Shown here piece after piece: positions 7,174 to 14,465 of a stretch of 23,271 bases of DNA. Origin of the DNA: Bdellovibrionia bacterium (GTDB taxonomy: Bacteria; Bdellovibrionota; UBA1018); contig JBMSSC010000034.1 of NCBI GenBank assembly GCA_049424145.1, forward strand, positions 1-23,271, read 5' to 3'. A program made the translations under genes and the position numbers. The notes under the pieces are model-generated. The model had not been told where the DNA came from. It made no database searches and saw only the letters and a list, made by a program, of their open reading frames with translations. Numbering within the stretch: the stretch's first letter is position 1; each line of letters starts with the position of its first letter.

Positions 7174-8619
7174 ATGAAAGTTGCTGTTTTAAAAAAAGTG
7201 GGACTCATCGCATTGATGGGAATGAGCCTTCAAATACCTGGACTAGCAGGACCTTTAGACCCTCAGAGCACCCCAGACGCCTCGTGCTCGAGCCAACTCC
7301 CCCCTGCTCGTCCTCTAGGGATCCAATCATTTGCTCTTCAAAGTATTATTGATAACTACCTGCTCGATGCTTATTTAAGAATGGACATCAGCGAATTCGA
7401 GCGTTTCCAGATGGCTCACCCCTCAGGCCGGATGAATGTCGTACTCGAGTTTGTGAATCGAACGCTTGCCTATTCACCTTGGTTTGAACTCTCCGATTTC
7501 GACTTATGTCGGCATGTCAGTCGATTGATTCCCAATTACTATCATTTATTCGAAGAGTTCGACCCAAAAAAATCGCAGAAGCTTCAACTGCTGGATTTTG
7601 ATCAGCGCTTAGGATTCTACCTCAGCCAATCCCACCTTGATGAAAACCTCGGAAAGTACAACCCTGTTGAACAACAATTTTTAAATGAAGTGACCACCCA
7701 TTTACGGCAAAATCACGACCAAAAACCCCCACTGGAAAGACGGATTCAAAGCATCGACAACGGCAATGCTTTTGATCTCACTCAAACCTTAGATCAGCAA
7801 GCTTTTGAAGCCTTAACCCAAAAGTTTGAACAAGAGCACGCGCTTCAAGAGCTCATCTGGCTTTTTCGGCGTGCAGGAAAACAGAAAGAAGCAGAAGAGA
7901 CAGAAAATCGACTCCGCTCCATTCTTACCTCCGGGAAGATCCAAAAGATCTCTCGAGTTGAAAAATATCCAGGATCTGAGCACGCCCTCATTGAATTCAG
8001 CCATGGAATCAAGGGTGTCTTCACCGCTTACGCCGATTATGGCTACCGAGAACTGGCAGCCTATGAAATGGACCGCCTCGCAGAACTGAACATTGTTCCA
8101 CTGTCTGTCGAGCGAGAGATTGCAGGAAAAAAAGGCTCACTGCAGATTCAGCTTCAGGATGCAAAAACAGCAAAGGAATATGGGTTTGATTTTCTTTGGA
8201 TTTTAGAAGACCCACTCCTCTACACCAAGAGGAAATTCAAATACGAAGTGAGGCCTTCAAAAAAACTACGTCTGCTGAATTTTCTACTACTTAATCCGGT
8301 AGAAGACCTCACTCAATTTCAGGTCAGAAAAAATGGCCAACAAGTGGCCTCTCACTGGAAATCCGCCTTTCGATTGGGCGAGCATTTAAAAGACAACATC
8401 AGTCCGATTGTTCAGGACCATCGAGCGTTTGATCCGGGCGAACACTCCTTTCAAAGGCTTAAGCAATTAAAACGATCTGACTTAGCAAAAGTCATCCAAC
8501 TAGCCCAAGCGGATCCATTTGTGGAACAGGAGATCTTCACTCGAATTGAACTCTTTATCGCTCTTCAGGAAGAAAGAAAAAGCATCTGGAATTACTTAGA
8601 AAGACTTCTCTGGGTTTAA
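7174..8619 (+). CDS. Secreted hypothetical protein with a C-terminal degenerate PI3/PI4-kinase-like (atypical kinase) domain
   Basis: GAGGA SD and signal peptide MKVAVLKKVGLIALMGMSLQIPGLA. KGVF...RELAAYEMDRLAELNIVPLSVERE...GSLQ matches the bacterial PI4K-type kinase N-lobe/hinge pattern, but the catalytic motifs are altered. Confidence 0.7.
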   Translation: MKVAVLKKVGLIALMGMSLQIPGLAGPLDPQSTPDASCSSQLPPARPLGIQSFALQSIIDNYLLDAYLRMDISEFERFQMAHPSGRMNVVLEFVNRTLAYSPWFELSDFDLCRHVSRLIPNYYHLFEEFDPKKSQKLQLLDFDQRLGFYLSQSHLDENLGKYNPVEQQFLNEVTTHLRQNHDQKPPLERRIQSIDNGNAFDLTQTLDQQAFEALTQKFEQEHALQELIWLFRRAGKQKEAEETENRLRSILTSGKIQKISRVEKYPGSEHALIEFSHGIKGVFTAYADYGYRELAAYEMDRLAELNIVPLSVEREIAGKKGSLQIQLQDAKTAKEYGFDFLWILEDPLLYTKRKFKYEVRPSKKLRLLNFLLLNPVEDLTQFQVRKNGQQVASHWKSAFRLGEHLKDNISPIVQDHRAFDPGEHSFQRLKQLKRSDLAKVIQLAQADPFVEQEIFTRIELFIALQEERKSIWNYLERLLWV

Positions 8620-8891
8620 TCCCATTTGCTTCCTCCTGAACTGCTCCATCGGGCTTCCAGCTGAACCATCCGTTTACCGGCTGGGAATTTCACTCGCAGA
8701 AGCAAGCAGATGACCGCCTGATGGACTTTATCTAATCAGAAATTTTGCCTTCTGAAAAACAGGGCTCATGACGTGCTCACGTTTCTGGGAAGTAGGAATC
8801 TTGCTCTGACTCAAGTCAAAGGGTTTGCTCAGACTGATCCCTAAACGCTCCAGTTTTTAAGCCGGAGAGAAGGCTTACGATGGAAAAAAGG

Positions 8892-9323
8892 TCACGCAGC
8901 CTTTTTCTCCTGATCAAAATAAGGTGTTGTGGTCTCCACCAAATCAGCAAACTCTCGCCCCAGAACCGATAGCAAATCCCCAAATGAAATCACACCCACA
9001 GCATTGCCTTGATCGTTGATGACAGGAAGTCTACGAATAGCAGAGCTCTTCATGGCTCGAATGCAATCAAAAATCCCATCTGTTTCTCGGACGCATTGAA
9101 CGTTGGATGTCATTACGTCTTCTACCGGACATTCGTCGGCTCGATGACCCTTGCCAATGCATTGAATCACCAAATCCCGATCCGTGACAATTCCAATGGG
9201 CTTTCCCTCTTTTAAAACTAAAACAGCCCCCACATCGTGGTCAGCCATTTGCTTGGCCACTTCCGTGAGTTTAGCCTGGGGTTGAACCGATACAATTTTA
9301 CGATTAAACAAGTTTGTCAGCAT
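8892..9323 (-). CDS. CBS domain pair protein
   Basis: M...DVGAVLV......GIVTDRDL, V.DVMT, M....IRRLPV......GVIS.GDL. Start overlaps the cstA end by 20 nt. Confidence 0.92.
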   Translation of the reverse strand: MLTNLFNRKIVSVQPQAKLTEVAKQMADHDVGAVLVLKEGKPIGIVTDRDLVIQCIGKGHRADECPVEDVMTSNVQCVRETDGIFDCIRAMKSSAIRRLPVINDQGNAVGVISFGDLLSVLGREFADLVETTTPYFDQEKKAA

Positions 9324-11112
9324 AGAGCGATATCCTTTTTAGCTTAAAAAGCTGCACCAACTGTGCCACCGCAATGCAAATCATCACCCCTAAAGCCGAT
9401 AGCATAAGCCCCACTAAGGCCACACTCAAGTAGGCCGTAAATCGCTCGCCTTTTTCAACTAAAGGAAGAAAATTCTGACCAATTGACTGAATACCGGCCG
9501 TAACCGTTGTGACCATCACAAAGACAAAGGGAACAGCAGTCACCCAAACATACTTGAGCTTCCCGCACTGGATCAGCCATAAAGAGCCCACGATTAAGGC
9601 AATGCTGGCGAGTAGCTGGTTGGCAATCCCAAAAAGCGGCCAAAGCGTACTGACACTTCCAGTCCAGATTAAACCTGACCAGCCCAAGACGACAACCCCT
9701 GTGGACACGAGGGATCCAGGGAGCCAATCCTTTTCTCCCCACTTCGGACTCAAGCGACCGAAGAACTCTTGAACTAAAAATCGAGCCACTCGGGTGCCAG
9801 CGTCAATGGTCGTGAGAATAAAGAGGGCCTCAAACAAAATGGCAAAATGATACCAATAAGACATCCAATCCTTGAGAAAGCCCACGGATGAGAAGACCTG
9901 AGCCATTCCGACGGCTAAGGAGACAGCCCCCCCGGGTCGTCCTGCAATTGCTTCACCGACTTGTTCGGAGAGTTCAGGCAAATTCACCACACTCATTCCC
10001 AATTGACTAAACGTCTCAGCTGAAACGTTGATGGCAAAGTAGTCCTCTGGAAACAAGGCCGAAGCCGCAATTAACGAAGTGAGTCCGACCCAGCCTTCAA
10101 AAATCATCGCGCCGTAGCCAATGACTCGACAGTCGCCCTCCGTTGAAATCATCTTCGGAGTGGTTCCCGATGCAATGAGGGAGTGAAATCCAGAGATGGC
10201 CCCACACGCAATGGTGATAAATACGAAGGGAAATACGCGACCGGGAAGAATAGGACCGCCTCCTTCAACAAACTGAGAAATCATAGGCATGTGAAGTTCA
10301 GGGTTCACGAGAATCACAGCAAGTGTCAATCCGCCAATCGTTCCAATCTTCATAAAGCTCGAGAGATAATCTCTGGGACAGAGCAAAAGCCACACGGGCA
10401 AGACACTGGCTAAAAAGCCATAGCCCGCAATGGAGAGAATCAAGCTCTCACGAGAGAGCGAAAAGGCTTGGCCAAAAGCCGTCTGAGAAATGGACTTCCC
10501 AAAAATGACAGCTGCAATCAAAGTGATCACTCCCAAAGCCGTGGTGAGCTTCACGCGGTTCTTCTGGGATCTGCCCATGGAAAGTCCCATAAAAAGACCG
10601 ATGGGAATCGTGGAGGCCAGAGTGAAGGTTCCCCACGCACTCTCCTCAAGCGCATTGACCACGGCAAGGCCCAGCCCCGCCAATGCAATGACCACGATAA
10701 AAAGGATCGCTACGCCCACGATTCGTCCTGCCCAAGGACCCATCACTTTTTGTGCAATCTCAGCAATACTTTTTCCCTGATGCCGAACACTGGCGGTTAA
10801 AATCACAAAGTCATGAACAGCTCCACCAATGACTACCCCAATGACCAACCATAGATAGCCGGGCAGGAACCCGAATTGAGCTGCTAAAACAGGACCAATC
10901 AATGGACCTGCTCCTGTGATCGCAGCAAAATGGTGACCAAAGAGAACCCACCTGGGCGTAGGAACGTAGTTCTGGTGATCCTCAAGTGCATGAGCGGGAG
11001 TCACCCGGCTGTCGTCCAAAGACAGAACCTTGGCTGCTAAAAATGCGCTATAATACCGATAAAAAATGACAAGAACGCAAAGTGCGCCCAAAATAAAAGG
11101 TAGAGCTTTCAT
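9304..11112 (-). CDS. cstA: Carbon starvation protein A (CstA family peptide/pyruvate transporter)
   Basis: TPAH...D..NYVPT..WVLFGHHFAAITGAGPLIGPVLAAQFG, PRDYLS, FPFVFITIACGAISGFHSL.ASGTTPKM, FEALFILTTIDAGTR, LWPLFG.ANQLLA. Start refined to ATG 11112, because the track start at 11247 overlaps the divergent HAD gene. Confidence 0.95.
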   Translation of the reverse strand: MKALPFILGALCVLVIFYRYYSAFLAAKVLSLDDSRVTPAHALEDHQNYVPTPRWVLFGHHFAAITGAGPLIGPVLAAQFGFLPGYLWLVIGVVIGGAVHDFVILTASVRHQGKSIAEIAQKVMGPWAGRIVGVAILFIVVIALAGLGLAVVNALEESAWGTFTLASTIPIGLFMGLSMGRSQKNRVKLTTALGVITLIAAVIFGKSISQTAFGQAFSLSRESLILSIAGYGFLASVLPVWLLLCPRDYLSSFMKIGTIGGLTLAVILVNPELHMPMISQFVEGGGPILPGRVFPFVFITIACGAISGFHSLIASGTTPKMISTEGDCRVIGYGAMIFEGWVGLTSLIAASALFPEDYFAINVSAETFSQLGMSVVNLPELSEQVGEAIAGRPGGAVSLAVGMAQVFSSVGFLKDWMSYWYHFAILFEALFILTTIDAGTRVARFLVQEFFGRLSPKWGEKDWLPGSLVSTGVVVLGWSGLIWTGSVSTLWPLFGIANQLLASIALIVGSLWLIQCGKLKYVWVTAVPFVFVMVTTVTAGIQSIGQNFLPLVEKGERFTAYLSVALVGLMLSALGVMICIAVAQLVQLFKLKRISLYADKLV

Positions 11113-11154
11113 AAGAAAGCCCTGCATATCAGTGATAACCCCTGGAGTCCACTC

Positions 11155-11844
11155 ATGAAACGCACGTCCTTCATTCGTCCACCTATTCAAGCCATTCTCT
11201 TTGACCTCGATGGAACGATTATTGATTCGGAGGCCAGTGCTGCTCAATCCGTCTTAGAGGTGTTTCAGGAATGGAAGATTGCCATCCGTTCTGAGGATGC
11301 CACCTTTTTAACGGGGCGCACCTGGGCCAAGGCGTTTGACTACTTGTTCAGCCGTTATTCAATTCCCAAATCCAGGGCCCAAGCCGAGCGTGAGATCTTA
11401 GATCGGTACCGAAAAAAAACTGAGGAGCACTTGATTTGCGTACCAGGCAGTGTGCAGGCAGTGGAGGCTTTGGCCGCCCATTTTCCCCTGGCTTTAGTTT
11501 CAGGATCAGGAAGAAGAGAAATCCTCTGGGCATTAAACCGCCTGGGCATTGAAAAGCACTTTCGCTACATCTTGGGGGCCGAAGACTACACACAAAGTAA
11601 GCCAGAACCGGATGGATACCTAAAAGCCTGCGAACTTTTGGGCGTCCAAGCGCGTTCGTGTTTGGTCTTTGAAGACTCCACTGCAGGAATTCAATCGGGC
11701 CGAGCGGCCGGGGCTTGGGTCGTGGCCATTAGCTCAACCAACCACTTCAAACAAGACCACTCCCAGGCTCATCAGGTGATCCCTGATTTTCATGCCATTG
11801 ATCCAGAGTGGATTGAGCGTCTGAAAAAAACCGAATCTTCGTAA
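11155..11844 (+). CDS. HAD family phosphatase (subfamily IA, beta-PGM/CbbY-like)
   Basis: Motif I FDLDGTIIDS, motif II VSGS, motif III KPEPD, motif IV FEDS..GI. GGAG SD. Confidence 0.92.
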   Translation: MKRTSFIRPPIQAILFDLDGTIIDSEASAAQSVLEVFQEWKIAIRSEDATFLTGRTWAKAFDYLFSRYSIPKSRAQAEREILDRYRKKTEEHLICVPGSVQAVEALAAHFPLALVSGSGRREILWALNRLGIEKHFRYILGAEDYTQSKPEPDGYLKACELLGVQARSCLVFEDSTAGIQSGRAAGAWVVAISSTNHFKQDHSQAHQVIPDFHAIDPEWIERLKKTESS

Positions 11845-12062
11845 ATTCTAACTCAACTCGACTCTACACAAAAAACGCCGATAGAACCCCATCCGAGAGG
11901 ATGCAAAAAATCGATTTTTCGAATCCAATTTTTTAGGCCAAAGCCCACTTCACTGAACCTTGGCTGCAGTCTTTTTTTTCTACTAGCGAAACCCTTGAAG
12001 TTTTGGCATTAAATAGGACTGTCCCAAATCACTTTCAACTTTAACACCTATGGGGAAACTCG

Positions 12063-12560
12063 ATGACTCAAAAACACTCCATTCGTTCTAAAAACATCCT
12101 CTCACTTCTGCTCTTAGGAAGCTTCATCTGGGTGGCTCCCGGATGTACGAAGAAGGAACAATCCAGCCAACCTGCTGCAGGTGGCACCACACAACAATCA
12201 GGACTTACTTCGATGGTCAATGCTCCCACTCCCGCTGCTGAATTAAAAATTGAAGACCTCACGGTCGGTACCGGGGAAAAGGCCGTTAGCGGTAAAAAAG
12301 TAACCGTTCACTACAGCGGCAAACTAACGGACGGAAAAGAATTTGACTCCTCTCGTTCTCATGGCCAGCCCTTTCAATTTCAATTGGGTGTTGGGCAAGT
12401 CATTCCCGGCTGGGATCAAGGCGTCGATGGCATGAAAGTCGGAGGAAAAAGAAAGCTTGTTGTCCCCCCTCAATTAGCCTATGGCGAGCGGGGAGCAGGA
12501 AACGTCATCCCTCCCAATGCGACCCTGATTTTCGAAGTCGAACTCCTCAAGGTGGAGTAA
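12063..12560 (+). CDS. FKBP-type peptidyl-prolyl cis-trans isomerase, predicted lipoprotein
   Basis: Lipobox-like VAPG-C after a hydrophobic stretch. VTVHYSGKL.DG.EFDSS, GQVIPGWDQGV.GMKVGGKR.L.VPP.LAYG, IPPNATLIFEVELL. Confidence 0.95.
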   Translation: MTQKHSIRSKNILSLLLLGSFIWVAPGCTKKEQSSQPAAGGTTQQSGLTSMVNAPTPAAELKIEDLTVGTGEKAVSGKKVTVHYSGKLTDGKEFDSSRSHGQPFQFQLGVGQVIPGWDQGVDGMKVGGKRKLVVPPQLAYGERGAGNVIPPNATLIFEVELLKVE

Positions 12561-12570
12561 CCTAAAACCC

Positions 12571-12608
12571 TTCTGACCAGAGAAGCACGGCGGCCTCCCT
12601 GGTCAGAA
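12571..12608. other. Intergenic stem-loop between the FKBP and histone genes
   Basis: Perfect 10-bp arms TTCTGACCAG (12571-12580) / CTGGTCAGAA (12599-12608) with an 18-nt inner region. No clear poly-U tail. Confidence 0.6.
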
Positions 12609-12637
12609 ATCTCTCTTAAAAAAGGAAGCTCAAGCTT

Positions 12638-12820
12638 ATGTCAGAAATCCTCATCGTCACCTCAAAATTAAAAACCTACATTCGCGAAAAATCCGAGATG
12701 AATACCTCAGGCAGCGTCCCTGAAGTGCTCTCCAATAAGATTAAGGCCTTGTGCGATCAGGCCATTGAAAATGCAAAAAAAGACGGTCGAAAGACGGTCA
12801 TGGATCGAGATTTTGAATAA
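12638..12820 (+). CDS. Bacterial histone (single histone fold, Bd0055/HBb-like)
   Basis: 60 aa, MSEILIVTSKLKTYIREKSEMNTSGSVPEVLSNKIKALCDQAIENAKKDGRKTVMDRDFE. It carries the histone L2 signature A..DGRKTV..RD (R-D clamp) and resembles, from memory, Bdellovibrio bacteriovorus Bd0055 along its whole length (LVVTSKVK..., MNTS, LC, DGRKTVMARD). AAAAGGAAG SD. Confidence 0.92.
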   Translation: MSEILIVTSKLKTYIREKSEMNTSGSVPEVLSNKIKALCDQAIENAKKDGRKTVMDRDFE

Positions 12821-13214
12821 TCCAACCCGAAAAGCCTCGATTCGCTTAAAAAAACTCTATTCTTTGCTGGGAGGCGAAGCACTTTTAGGACAGATCTTAG
12901 ATGATTTTTATCAAAGAATGGCCCGAGATCTGATGATTGGCTATTTTTTTGATGGAAAAGACCTTCAAAAGATTGCTTCCCAGCAAAAGAATTTTTTGCT
13001 CTATGCAATGGGAGCTGTAGAGCAGTACCCTGGCAAGCTCCCCTCTCAAGCTCACCGCGAGCTCCCTCCCATTCTTCCAGGCCACTTTGATCGCAGGATT
13101 CGAATCCTTGAGGAGACGTTAAAGGATCATGCTCTGAGTTCTGAGGCCATGGACATTTGGATTCACTTTGAGTCCTCATTCCGATCTGCGCTGACTCAAG
13201 CAGAAGGAAAGTAG
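12813..13214 (+). CDS. Group I truncated hemoglobin (2/2 globin, trHbN-like)
   Basis: LY..LGG, B9-B10 FY (DDFYQR), CD1 Phe (GYFF), E-helix QQKNFL, Y.GK, proximal His (QAH), HFD. Likely start TTG 12813, overlapping the histone 3' end by 8 nt (TTGAATAA). The track start at 12765 lies deep inside the histone gene. Confidence 0.85.
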   Translation: MNNPTRKASIRLKKLYSLLGGEALLGQILDDFYQRMARDLMIGYFFDGKDLQKIASQQKNFLLYAMGAVEQYPGKLPSQAHRELPPILPGHFDRRIRILEETLKDHALSSEAMDIWIHFESSFRSALTQAEGK

Positions 13215-13282
13215 ATCTCTGCAGCTCTACACCTCCTTGCTGATTAGGACCTTTTTCAGTCAGACCGGATCTGAGTCTCGGG

Positions 13283-14428
13283 TTAAACGAAATCGCCGCG
13301 TTTGATTTTTTCGATAATAATTTTCTCAGGCATGATGGGATCACGCGGATCCACAGTAAAGAACGCTTGTTGCTCACATCGACGCTTATTGTCTAAAAGC
13401 CAGTTGAGGATTCGAGCAAGGCCTTTGTTCTTTTTATCCTGAAAGAACGGATCGTTCTTCAGTGCATCACTTGCTTTTTTTAGAGCGCGCACTTCTTGAG
13501 CATCGTTTTCTTTCACGGGATAGTCATTTAAATCGTATTTCTTAATATCTTCAGGCAGAACGCCTAAAAATTTCACATCCGGGGCCGAGTAGTCGGAGTT
13601 TCGAATTAAGGACGAAGCAGAACCCGCCTTTAAGGTTCTAAAAATGTTCTGCATCGTGTACGCGTCCAGATCACCAAAGAAATACAACGGAATGCCGAGT
13701 TGATCTTGAATCAGCTTACACCAACCTCGAACCGCATTGGAGGGGACGCCTTGCGCACCCATCAAAATGGAGTTGTGGCGCTTGGTAAATCCATTGGCCA
13801 CCAGGGTATTTGCCGTACCCTCGGACTCCACGATCAGACAAAAATCAATTTTCTTTCGTGTGGAGAGCTGCAGATTCTGGGGGCGATTTTTGGGCTGAAA
13901 CGGACTGGTCCCTAGCTTGGAGAGGTCAATGACCGCCTTTTCGCCATCCGGTAAGGTTTCAGTCACCACCAACTGCTGGGAGTAGGTTTGACCGCCTCGA
14001 TCATTGGCGTAGCAATTGACCTCCTCACGATAACACTCCAGCATCTCGCAGATGAAGTCAATGATCTCATCGGATTCATCCTGATCCGCAAAATCCAGGG
14101 GTTTGAGCTTACTATTATGCTTAATCTCACCTTTGCTGATGTAGTAAAGCTCACGCTTCGTATTCACCGCTCCCGTGCCCAAGTTTCGCAGCAAAATCTC
14201 GAGCATAAAAATCGCACGGGACATTTTTTTCACCGAACTCACGTTCAGCTCAGTGGCCACTTTCTTGGAGCCCGGAGTTAAGTATCCCGTCTTGTGATTG
14301 TAAATCGCGTTATCCAAGGAACACTTGGTGGCATAAAGAATCGGACGCTTCGCTCTCTCCAAGTCTTCTAAAAGGCGACTGCAAAGCTCTCGACTCATTT
14401 GGGGAATACTTTGTTGCGTACTGGGCAT
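13283..14428 (-). CDS. top6A: DNA topoisomerase VI subunit A (Spo11/Top6A family)
   Basis: T.RELYY catalytic-Tyr motif, F.DQ.ESD, TOPRIM Glu (IVESEG), GVP, DxD (FGDLDAY), FLGV.P.DI. Start refined to ATG 14428 with GAGGT SD. Confidence 0.93.
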   Translation of the reverse strand: MPSTQQSIPQMSRELCSRLLEDLERAKRPILYATKCSLDNAIYNHKTGYLTPGSKKVATELNVSSVKKMSRAIFMLEILLRNLGTGAVNTKRELYYISKGEIKHNSKLKPLDFADQDESDEIIDFICEMLECYREEVNCYANDRGGQTYSQQLVVTETLPDGEKAVIDLSKLGTSPFQPKNRPQNLQLSTRKKIDFCLIVESEGTANTLVANGFTKRHNSILMGAQGVPSNAVRGWCKLIQDQLGIPLYFFGDLDAYTMQNIFRTLKAGSASSLIRNSDYSAPDVKFLGVLPEDIKKYDLNDYPVKENDAQEVRALKKASDALKNDPFFQDKKNKGLARILNWLLDNKRRCEQQAFFTVDPRDPIMPEKIIIEKIKRGDFV

Positions 14429-14465
14429 GCTTACCTCGTGGTTCTCACTGATTCTTGAATGGATC

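Noticed and set aside
8620..8891. 272-bp convergent intergenic region as an ncRNA or small gene
   Set aside because: Only short imperfect inverted repeats are present. No tRNA or known ncRNA pattern and no credible ORF.
12063..12560. FKBP as a histone chaperone or histone prolyl isomerase (analogy to eukaryotic nuclear FKBPs)
   Set aside because: It has a lipoprotein signal peptide, so it should be exported, and it lacks an acidic nucleoplasmin-like domain.
12757..13377. 206-aa minus-strand ORF
   Set aside because: It is antisense to the well-supported histone and globin genes, out of frame with top6A, and has no motifs.
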